Source: Squalus acanthias
Taxonomy: Eukaryota
Direction: 5' to 3'
Length of the DNA: 64,000 nt
NCBI GenBank assembly: GCA_030390025.1
Contig: CM059430.1
Coordinates: forward strand, 73,408,001-73,472,000
Positions 1 to 10,344 of the stretch are shown piece by piece; positions within the stretch are counted from its first letter, which is position 1, and each line of letters begins with the position of its first letter. A program made the translations under genes and the position numbers. The notes below the pieces were generated by a model. It was not told where the DNA came from and did not search any database. It saw only the letters and a list, made by a program, of their open reading frames with translations.

Positions 1-302
1 TTATTTTATATCTATGTGTATTTTGGGGGGCATTCCCATTCATTCCCATTAATCCGTAAATATGGAATCCCCACATGTATGAATGCGGATGCTCTTCTGT
101 CAGGCGTTGGACTGGCCAACGTGATGGCAGGAGAACTTCCAAACCGCGTGCACATGAGATATGTGATCCTCTCCCCGCGGGTACCCGGAGAGCCCCAGGA
201 TCGCGAGTCTCCGTGGTGCCAAAGGCCCCAGGTACCTGGGCATTTTATTTTCGGATCGGAGGAATTTCCCTGCGGGAAGTCTCCGACCGAAAATTCAGGG
301 CC
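1..302 (-). mobile_element. End of a Harbinger-like MITE cut by the window edge
   Basis: Ends ...cgaaaattcagggcc, resembling the GGCCC..AATTTT termini of the other MITEs. Absent at the homologous position 63590. Confidence 0.55.
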
Positions 303-718
303 ATGACTTCAGTAAGTAAGGTTTTTTTTAGACAGGAAATGAACAGACATGAGCCCATGAATTTCCTCGGAGCTGCCCCGCGCCCCACCCACCCTCCCGC
401 CCGTCATCGCAACTTCCGCTCTGACATCGACGGGTAATTAGTTTATTCCGAGGAGAAGCTCATAAACTGCCCTTGTCATACGCTCAAACTCAAAATTTTA
501 CACCGATCTCCCACCGATGTTTCTGCAAAAGACCTGGGCACCCCTCAGGAATCCACGGCCAAACTGCTTAATAAATATATTTATATAAAGGTTTGCTTTC
601 ACGAAATAGTTAAATGTTGAGCAGCTGATTACCAATGACTGTTAGTCATAACCTCTCATTACGTGGTGCTTCATTTCTTTCGTTACTATTTGTATCAGTG
701 ACGGTGAACGATTCAGGC
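303..718. repeat. Diverged copy of 63590-63998 (probable paralogous intron)
   Basis: Colinear shared blocks: gacaggaa.tgaacagacatgag, ggagctgcccc, gggtaattag, gatctcccaccgatgttt, taaatgttga, ctatttgtatcagtgacg. Confidence 0.8.
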
Positions 719-900
719 TACTGATGCATTCCCGTGAACTTAACTAAATGTTTTTATAATGGGAATCTTTTTTAATGGCACATTTGGGATAGCGTAATTT
801 ATAATGTTACTGTATCACCTTGATTTGTTTAACATTAATCCGAGGTACTGGAAGGTTTGGTGGGTAAACTTCCCATCCAGAAAAGAGCTAATACACAAAT

Positions 901-1623
901 GGGATGGATTTTCCAATCGGAGGCTTCCTGCGTGCGGATGCCTCCGATCGGAAAAAAATATATGCACTTACCTGCTGGCTCCATAGTTCCCGAGACTTGA
1001 GATCCTGGGCCTCTGCTCTACGAAATGCGCAGAGTCCCAGGTATCCCAGGGGCGCATGCGGTTCGCAAGCGACCCTGGGATCACGTTGGCCATGGGGAAC
1101 CAATCAAAGAAGGGAATCCTCCTTCACACATTTGACAGGTCCTCTGTTCACGGATCAGACAAAAGTATGAATGGTGATCAATTAAAAACACAGTAAAACA
1201 TTCAATATATATTAGTTAACAACACATTAAATTAAATATTTTAAAAAAAATTAAATTTTTTGAGAAAATCATTAAAGCTTTTGAGCGGGTCTAAAATAAA
1301 CTTACCTTTTTTAAAGCTATTTTAAAATTATAAATGAGTGAAAACATTGTTTTTCAAACACTTATCCTGGTAAAAGCAGGTCTTACGCCTTCTTTTAGTA
1401 AGCGTAAGATTTTTAATGGATTTCAGCTTGCGGAAGTTGTGCTGAAAGCGCAACTCCCTGCTCGCGGAAGCCCTTTGCCCGGGCAGGCGGATGATGTGTC
1501 AAGAGGATTCTTGACAGATCGCAAGTGCCGGGTTTTAGTGCATGCCTGAAATCGGCACTTGCAAGGCTCCTACGGGTGAGTAAACACCTCCTACTCACCC
1601 GTGGGGGTCCGAAAATCCGACCC
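901..1623 (+). mobile_element. MITE family B (PIF/Harbinger-like)
   Basis: TIRs gggatggattttc / gaaaatccgaccc, AAT duplicated on both sides, internal homology to 49871-50618. Confidence 0.8.
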
Positions 1624-2127
1624 AATAATAGAATAATGTGCGCGTATGGTTGCCCCTTTCTTCTGCTTTACCTTATGGGGACGATCCCGCAAACATCTGA
1701 GAAATGCTCTAAACCGCCGCAGACATTGCAACCTGACTTTCGCAACGGGAGTGGAGGTCTTCACTCAGAGACTCGTAGAATGTCCGTGGAGTTTCTGAAG
1801 CAGAATTTCACATTTTGGTGCATATTCCTTATGTGCTCATTCTTTCATGGGGACACGACGATTAACACCCGCCTGTGCTATGGGAAGGGACAATAAAAAA
1901 GCTCTTCTACTTCTAATATCTGGACAAATGTCCGTGCTGTAAACTGCAGGTTGCGGTCCGTCTTTTCCGTGTGTGGAAATGTCACCCGAAATCCTTTAAG
2001 CTGGTGCATGATGAATAGATACTCACAAAGCACAAACTGGGGCCGGCCGTCCATGTTGACGGATCTCAGCAGAGTCAACATTTTCTGCAAAGACCGAGGA
2101 AAACGGAAAAACAAGCATACTAATTAC

Positions 2128-2433
2128 CTGAAATGTGCATAAGATGATGAACACTGGCTACAGTCTGGAGAGAGATGTGTGATACCTGACATGTATAATT
2201 CGTTCCGCTCCGCAAAGGACCTCTTTCATTGAGAATACTGGAAACTTCAAACATTCGCGCTGGATTCCGTTTTTTCATTTGTTCCGTGCCCGTCAGGATT
2301 TCCGATCCATTTTTATACCAACTGATGTTTAGCTTTTCCGGGAAAAACGAAGCCGTTTTACACACAAGAGTCAAAGAAGGCGATGGCTTATTTCTAAACA
2401 CGATAGTTGAAATCCGCAACGGCGTCGGAGGAA
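2128..2433 (-). CDS. Gene A exon: C1-set Ig domain
   Basis: Acceptor ttttttcaacag|TT, donor TCAG|gtaatt, 306 bp, phase 1-1. C1 motifs LTLVCKTASFFPEKLNISWYKNG, FEVSSIL and YTCQVSHISL (YxCxVxH). Confidence 0.92.
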
Positions 2434-3789
2434 CTGTTGAAAAAATAGAAATCAGTTGTTATTTAAACTTAATGGGGGTGAAATTGGTCTTGAACTGTAG
2501 CATAAAACTGTCGATAACATATCAATGGAAAGTAAATTCTGACGGGGGTTGGGGGAGGGAGATCGGATTGTTACTTCACTGTAATTGCACTAGGGATGGC
2601 CGACTTCAGTTATGTAGGGAAACTACAGAAACTGGGATTCTTCTCCTTAGAGGCAGAGAATATTAAGTGGAGGTTTAATAAAGGCGTTCAAAATGAGAGG
2701 GGTTTTTTGATAAGGTAAATAAATGGAAGCTCTAAATGCAGACTGGTCGTTAACCAGAAGACACAGAATTAAGGTGAGATCAGGAGGTTATTTTTAAGCA
2801 GCGTGATATTATGAACTGGAATTATTATGACAGGAAATGTGCCGCTTTATGTTGATTTGTAGAAGATTGTCATACGGATCTTCAATTTCCGCTGAGTGTT
2901 TCTGATCTCCCATCATAACCTCGGCTGAAAATCTCCTGCCCGAGAACCCCTTAGAAAATCTAGGTCACGTGAGTTGGGATTCTGATGGTTCTATCCATTT
3001 ATTCTATTTGAATTTGGATTATTAAATGTGTTTTTTCTCTTTTAAATGCCAGTATGGAAATTTTCTCAACACTTTATCTGGTGAGGCATTCCATAGACTA
3101 AACACCTTCTGTATAAAAATACATCCCAACCACGTCCGTCGTTTTTTTTGGTGATGATGCTAAATTTATCACCTTTGGTTATCCACTTACTAGGCAGTGT
3201 AAATTGCATTTTCTTACTTACTTTTCAGAATCCTTCATCATTTAAAACACCTGAAAAAGATCTCGTGTTAACTTTAACTGATCTGGGCAAAGTGGCCTAA
3301 TTTCTATAGCATTTTCTTATTACCTTACTCTCTCATCCCCTATATCAATTTAGTGCTGTTTAACCCTCGCAATGAACTTGACATCCTCCCCAATGTAATG
3401 CCCCCAAACTTGTACACATTTTACTAACTGGAGTTTACCCATGAGATTTGTATATGATTCAGTAAAACAAAAGCATTTGGTGTCAATTCTTCGATATAAA
3501 GAAGCCTAGGGACCTGAAAATCTGCATGAGTTCGATTGGTTTCGTGCCTCTTCTCCAGCAGGACATGGGCAGTGAAACTTTGCAAAGGGAGAGTTTCTGT
3601 CATTTAGATATTTCTCCAGGGGTTGAGCTGGTAAAGGCGTTACAGTGGGAGATATGGTAAATCTCCACTATAGCTGGGGCCTACAATTTGACGTTTTTAC
3701 AGCTTTGCTTATTCCTCTTGGCATATTATCAAACTTTGTATCGGAACTTGGAAATGGATCTGCTGTTCAATTTGCTTTTTATTTGTTTT

Positions 3790-4170
3790 TAATTCATTCG
3801 AGGCATGTGATCGTCTTTGGCACGTCTGGCATTTATTGTCCATTCTTAATTAACTTATAAAAGTGGGGGTGAGCGGTTTGATACTACTGAAAGGCTTTCG
3901 AACTGCTTCAGAGGGCGATTGAGATTGAACCACATTGGTAAGGGACTAGAGCCACATTTAGGCAAGATCGGGTAAGGAGTCGAGTTTCCTTCCCTAACGG
4001 ATATTGGTGAACGAATAGGATTTGACGGCAATCCACTTACATCATAATTTATTTCCATATGTTTCTGCTAAATTCAAATTTTCAAACTGTCAGGGTGGGA
4101 TTTGAATCATTCCCAGGATTACTAGTCCAGGGCCTAGATTGCTATACCAGTAAAATAACTGCCACCCCAC
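3790..4170 (-). mobile_element. tRNA-derived SINE, degenerate
   Basis: Reverse-complement similarity to 31400-31710 (ggattactagtccag, gggatttgaa, tttccttccctaa) and a LINE-derived tail. Confidence 0.6.
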
Positions 4171-4231
4171 TGTATCTAATGCTTTTAATCTCATTTTTCT
4201 TCCCCACAAAATGAACATATATCGACACAGT

Positions 4232-4885
4232 GGCCCAGAAATTAAAGACTGAGTGTTGACGCGGGGGTAAGGCTTCCCCGCGATCTCTCACTCCGCGTTG
4301 GATTTTTCAGATCCAGCTCGCACGAACTTGATGTTCTGGACATCAGCTGGGCAGTGCTTGCGTATCTCACCGGCGTAGTGAATTCGTGCGAGCTGTGGGA
4401 TCACGTGACTCAGTTAGAGCCAATGGCAGCACACCATCTTCCATTCATAAGTTTCACAGAAGTGCTGTGAAAGCTATGAATCTTACACACCCCCAAAATA
4501 ACAGCTAAACCTCAATTAAATAACAAAAAACCATCACATTCATAAAATAAGTATAGTTAAATAAATTAACCATTTTAAATAAAAAATTAAATTTTTGAAA
4601 AAATTTATAATCTTTTAAAAAGTTATAAAAATAAACTTACCTGTCTTTAAAGTCTCTAAAAAAGATATACCTGTTAAAAAAAATTCAAAATTATACTTAA
4701 TTCACTACTTACCTTGTTAAAAGTGGGTCTTACTCCTCCATTTTTCATTTCTAAAATCATCCGTCCTGACCTGCGCGTCCAAAGCACTAAGTGCACAGCG
4801 TGAGCACAGACTGTAGCGCGCACACGGTGCACCGAGGAACCGCCCCCAGTGCGTACTCTCGCGTCGCGGGACTAATTTTTGGGCC
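4232..4885 (+). mobile_element. MITE family A (PIF/Harbinger-like), in the V-C1 intron of gene A
   Basis: TIRs ggcccagaaatt / aatttttgggcc, AGT target duplication, homologous to four other copies in the window. Confidence 0.88.
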
Positions 4886-5149
4886 AGTATATTTTATTTG
4901 ACTGGTTCTAATTAATCTTCTTACCTATCTATATCCTCAATAAGTTATATACAGTATTCTCTACAGTGAACCACATCTCCCTATTCTGTCTGTTCTATCA
5001 ATTTTTAAAGCGTGGCCGTGCAAGTGGTGTTCTCCCAATTTACACCTTATCGTCTGGGCCCGGTAATTGCGCCGGCCTGCCGCAGTGTCTGACATCAAAT
5101 AAAAGGAAACTCTAAATGGGAATGAATTGGCGACACGTCCGTCACCGCA

Positions 5150-6070
5150 CTTGGTGTGCCAATCAAGCGGGCTGCTTTGTCATGGATGGTCTCGAGCTTC
5201 TTGAGTTTTGCTGGAGCTGCACTCATCCAGGCAAGTGGAGAGTATTTCATCACACTCCTTACTTGTGACTTGTAGCTGGTGGAAAGGCTTTCGGGAGTCA
5301 GGAGGTGAGACACTTCACGCGGAATACCTAGCCTCTGAACTGCTGCTGTTGCCACATTATTTATGTGGCTGCTCCAATTATGTTTCTAGACAATAGTGTC
5401 TGCCCAAGATGTTGATGGTGGGGGATTCGGCGATGGTAATGCCGTTGAATGTCAAGGGGAGGTGGTTAGACTCTCGCTTGTTGTAGACTACATTGCCTGA
5501 CAATTCTGTGGCGCGAATGTTACCTGCCTCTTATCAGCCCAAGTCTGAACGTCGTCCAGGTCGTGTTGCATGCAGGCATGGAATGCTTCATTATCTGAGG
5601 AGTTGGGAATGGCGCTGAACAATTTGCAGACCTCAGCGAACATTCCCATTTCTGACCGTAAGTTGGAGGGAAGGTCATTGACGGTGGGCCGAGAACACTG
5701 CCTTGAGGAACTCCTACAGCGATGTCCTGGGACTGTGATGTTTGACCATTAACCACCACAACCATCTTCATTTGTGCTAGGTATGACTCCAGCCAGTGGA
5801 GCGTTTGCTCCCCCGGTTCCCATTGATTCAGTTTTACTAGGGCTCCTTAATGCCACACTAGGGCAAATGTTGCCTTGATTTCAAGGGCAGTCACTCTCAC
5901 CTCACCTCAGGAATTCAGCTCTTTTATCCATGTTTGGACCAAGGCTGTAATGAGGTCTGGAGCCAAGTGGTCTTGGCGGAACCCAAACTGTGCATCAGTG
6001 AACAGGCTATTGATGATTAAGTGCCGCTTAATAGCACTGTGAATGATACCTTCCATCAGTTTGCTGATGT
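5150..6070 (-). mobile_element. CR1-clade LINE RT fragment
   Basis: Broken frames with QFGFRQDH and [10 protein letters not shown]; same family as 33492-35947. Confidence 0.85.
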
Positions 6071-6613
6071 TGTTACGGTAATGAATGGTTAAACACATAT
6101 TGAGAAGGAACTAGCATTGAATGAATAAATTACCTTTACTGATGTTACATTTCTACCTTTCAATGAATGGCTTTTAGTGAGTTTTTTATTATTGTGGGAT
6201 CTCTCCCATTTGGCATGCTTGGCACCGGACACTCAATGGCAGCGTGTCATGCGTTGTATGTGATCCGCAATTATCTTTAGGGGGGTTCTCGGTCGTCCGT
6301 TTTAAACAGCGAGGATGGGCCACGGAACACCCGAGAATAAAAGAACGCGTTACTTGCATCAGTTTGAGAAATCTCATGTAATTGGTTTCCTCACGTTTTT
6401 CTATTGCAGAAGCCGGGTTCTGGAATTATTGTAATTAGATTGCACGGTGAAAGGAAGCAGGGAAAATATTCATTTAATTTCCTACGACGAAACTGGAGAA
6501 CTGTCAATCTGTGACATGTGATTAGATTCTGAGTGCAGCAGCAGTTACAGGGCCGTGTGATTTAAATCTATACAGAATGTTACTGCACATACATATACCG
6601 GCGCTTGAGTTTA

Positions 6614-7402
6614 NNNNNNNNNNNNNNNNNNNNNNNNNNNNNNNNNNNNNNNNNNNNNNNNNNNNNNNNNNNNNNNNNNNNNNNNNNNNNNNNNNNNNNN
6701 NNNNNNNNNNNNNNNNNNNNNNNNNNNNNNNNNNNNNNNNNNNNNNNNNNNNNNNNNNNNNNNNNNNNNNNNNNNNNNNNNNNNNNNNNNNNNNNNNNNN
6801 NNNNNNNNNNNNNNNNNNNNNNNNNNNNNNNNNNNNNNNNNNNNNNNNNNNNNNNNNNNNNNNNNNNNNNNNNNNNNNNNNNNNNNNNNNNNNNNNNNNN
6901 NNNNNNNNNNNNNNNNNNNNNNNNNNNNNNNNNNNNNNNNNNNNNNNNNNNNNNNNNNNNNNNNNNNNNNNNNNNNNNNNNNNNNNNNNNNNNNNNNNNN
7001 NNNNNNNNNNNNNNNNNNNNNNNNNNNNNNNNNNNNNNNNNNNNNNNNNNNNNNNNNNNNNNNNNNNNNNNNNNNNNNNNNNNNNNNNNNNNNNNNNNNN
7101 NNNNNNNNNNNNNNNNNNNNNNNNNNNNNNNNNNNNNNNNNNNNNNNNNNNNNNNNNNNNNNNNNNNNNNNNNNNNNNNNNNNNNNNNNNNNNNNNNNNN
7201 NNNNNNNNNNNNNNNNNNNNNNNNNNNNNNNNNNNNNNNNNNNNNNNNNNNNNNNNNNNNNNNNNNNNNNNNNNNNNNNNNNNNNNNNNNNNNNNNNNNN
7301 NNNNNNNNNNNNNNNNNNNNNNNNNNNNNNNNNNNNNNNNNNNNNNNNNNNNNNNNNNNNNNNNNNNNNNNNNNNNNNNNNNNNNNNNNNNNNNNNNNNN
7401 NN
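6614..7402. other. Assembly gap (N run)
   Basis: Continuous Ns. Confidence 1.
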
Positions 7403-7461
7403 AGCTATCATTATTTCTGAGTACATAAACGACATTTAGATTTGTATGACACGCCACTTAC

Positions 7462-7782
7462 CATATACAACTAGTTCTATGCCGCATCCGTCAACAAACA
7501 AGAATCTCCTGCAATTAAATCTGCAGCGATAGACGCCGGAGTCATTTACACATACATTCTGAAGATGCAGATAAAAAGTTCCAAACGGTAAAATATGCGA
7601 TTCGGTGCGATTGTCGGAGGTTATTGCGACAGTTGAATTGTAAACTTCCTTCCTCCAATAAACAGTTATATTCTCGTTCGTCATAAAGCCAGTTAAGTTT
7701 CCTCGTAAGCTAACATTCCCGCCTCTGATCACCGCAACAGAATTAGCGAAGTGAGTAACAGTCAGAGGAACAACTTGGGAAA
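7462..7782 (-). CDS. Gene A exon: V-set Ig domain with germline-joined J-like motif (VJ type)
   Basis: Acceptor tttcttacag|TT, donor TATG|gtaagt, 321 bp, phase 1-1. Motifs GGNVSL, VYWRK, LHLQNVxxNDSGVYRC and DGCGIELVV (GxG-xx-L-x-V). Confidence 0.9.
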
Positions 7783-7965
7783 CTGTAAGAAATAGATATT
7801 GCATCAGAATATTTACTATGAATACAGTGTGTTGCGAACTGGTAAATAGCAGAACAAAGCACAATACGGCAATGTAAGTGAAACAATTAATGAACAATTT
7901 TTGTATATTTGTCCACAATTCTCTACTCCAGAACCGGACCTTGTTCTATGAAATCAGTCAAATAC

Positions 7966-8032
7966 CTGTGCAGAAAATCCCCATCGTGGCACAATACAGA
8001 AATAGAATATTCCGAATCAGAACTGAACCCAT
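7966..8032 (-). CDS. Gene A exon: signal peptide (MGSVLIRNILFLYCATMGIFCT)
   Basis: ATG at 8032, 22 codons with a hydrophobic core, then phase-1 donor ACAG|gtatt. The phase matches the V exon acceptor about 180 bp downstream. Confidence 0.8.
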
Positions 8033-8497
8033 AACTGAGTTGAGCTTTGCAGCTACTCCGATAAAACAACTGTTACAATGATGTGCATGGATGTAACTCA
8101 TTTAAGCGGTAATATAGCCCACAGAGGATGTGGGCTGTGCCGAGTGTCTGAACAGCCCTCAGTGCGCAGCGTTTCGGTTCGCTGTTCCACTACTGCAACT
8201 CTCACACGGAAATTTAGAAAGCACAGATTAGTTCAACGCACAGATAGAAATAAAATTGCTTTAAAATCGGCTTATACTCGTGATTTCAATATCTGAAGAG
8301 CAAAACTCACATCTCTATAGCTCCTCTTGGTTAAAAATAGGGCAATATAAAAGGATATCCCCGAATGTAAGGTCGGAAAACGACTTACAACAGGCAGCTG
8401 TAAACTGCCAGCGGAAGGCGAAGAACTTGTAATGGAACAATATACGGAAATACTGTGCAAGGGAAATATTTTGAGAAAGCTTGTAAAGGCAAAATGC

Positions 8498-8602
8498 GAG
8501 TGAGAGAGAGAGACATAAAGAGAGTGAGAGAGGGGAGGCGGGAGAGAGAGAGAATGAGAGAGAGAGGGAGGTAAGGGGAGAAAGGTAGAGACGGAGAGAA
8601 GA
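8498..8602. repeat. GA-rich degenerate microsatellite upstream of gene A
   Basis: Purine tract of gagagagag/gggag units. Confidence 0.8.
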
Positions 8603-9659
8603 AGACCGGGAAATTATATCCCGAGTGCAAGTGGGCTTCGTAGATTTCCGGTAAATAACAATTTCAATTTACTCGTATTTTTCTGGAACGTTTGTCAACC
8701 CTTTTGTGAGATAAGGCTGCACATTGTAAATTTAGGTGTAGCAATTTGTGAAGTCCATTTGGTGTGTGTTTCAGAGATAAACCAGCTCAATGTCTGTCTA
8801 AAATAGAACATGAGCAGACAATGAACTATTGGTGAACCTGGCACAACGTGTGTTACTTAGCGCATAATTTAATCTGAGATTAAAAACGTTAAATGTTTGA
8901 CCTGCTGGTACAGAGCAAAGCTTCAATCAATTTGATCTGCTCCTTGCATGTGGCCTTTACCAGACAAATTAGATAATCACAATTCATTTTTGAAACAGAT
9001 GGATGTGTGTGACGCAGTTCAACATCAGACATCTTCAAAGTATCTTAAATAAATTGGTTAGAAGGGGATATTTTGTTGTTCCTCACAATTTACCGAAAAC
9101 ACATGTCAAAAAGTAATTGGTTAATCGGCAAAATAACTGTAGATTTTAATGGAACAGATTCACATGACGCTCTAAACGCTAGGCCAGTTATCTAGACATA
9201 CATAATAAGAAGTATATCGCAGACTGTTAAAAGAATTTCAACGTTACTTTCCCTATTTTCTCTTTCTTATGCAATCTTCTGAGCACCTAATAATTGCACA
9301 AGCTGAATTATAATTCCACGGATAATAGAAAGTTCTTGATGCCTTGACAAAATGTCTAATCTTAGATCCCCCACTTTCAAAACCCCGTGCGTCTTTGTAA
9401 GCTATCCAAACGTGACTGGGCGGGGAATCAACAGCCTAGCCTAATTCCATATTAACGAGCGGATTTGCCGGGAGGTTCCCGGTCATGCGTCTGTCCTCAA
9501 GAAAATGAAACGGCCTCAATTACCCTATATGCCATTTCACCGGTATTCCCGTTCATCTTCTGCCAAACTGCAGAGGATCGAAGGGATTTTGGTGTGCAGC
9601 TATTAAAACCACTAAAAGCTAGTCGACATGTACACTTGTAATCAAACAATTAACGGAAT

Positions 9660-10330
9660 GCTGGGCGTCCTGATTTCAAACCTGAATGGCCTAGCTCTAA
9701 TTTTAAGGACGTACCCTTTAGTTCTCGATTCCTGCAGCACAGGAAATAGTTTCTCTGCATCGACCCCATGGAATCGCTTCATAATATTAACCACCTGAAC
9801 GAGATCACCCCTCAAACATTTAAACTCAAAGGAATACAAGCCAAGTTTATGCAAAGTCACTCATAATTTAACACAATAAACCATTCTGATGAATCTACGC
9901 CGAGGCCAGCATATATCGTTCCTGGGGAGCAGTGCACAAAATTGAACGCAACACTCCAAATGGTGTCTGACCAAGGTTCTGCACAATTGCTGCATAACTT
10001 CCGCCGTTTGTTTCCCATACCTTGAGATAAAAAGCCAACATTACATTGGCCTGTTTGATTACAATTTGTTTTGTTCATTAGGTTTTATTGATTTGTGTAC
10101 ACGGACACATAAATCGCTTTGCTCCTCCTCAGGTCCTGGACTCTCGACTTTAAGAAAATATTCTGATTCATCCTTCTTAGATTTAAATTGAAGGACTTCA
10201 CACTTTCCCAGATTTGAAGTTCACCTTCTATAATTTAGCCCACTCACATCATCTGTTTAAGTCCTATTGTTTCATGCTCCCATCTGAACAACATACTGTG
10301 CCTACCAACTTAATGTCACCTGCAAATTTG
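9660..10330 (-). mobile_element. Old CR1 3' fragment
   Basis: LGLYSFEFKCLRGDLVQV resembles the CR1 ORF2 C-terminus. Confidence 0.75.
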
Positions 10331-10344
10331 GATATACAACAACA

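Noticed and set aside
6522-7457. Long ORFs in the ORF track
   Set aside because: Artefacts of the N run.
2128-8032. Germline-joined Ig light chain or TCR gene
   Set aside because: Lacks FGxGT, WYQQ and the B-strand Cys. The C1 exon ends in a splice donor without a light-chain terminal Cys, and the inferred paralogue has an uncharged TM with ITIMs. Not fully excluded without phylogeny.
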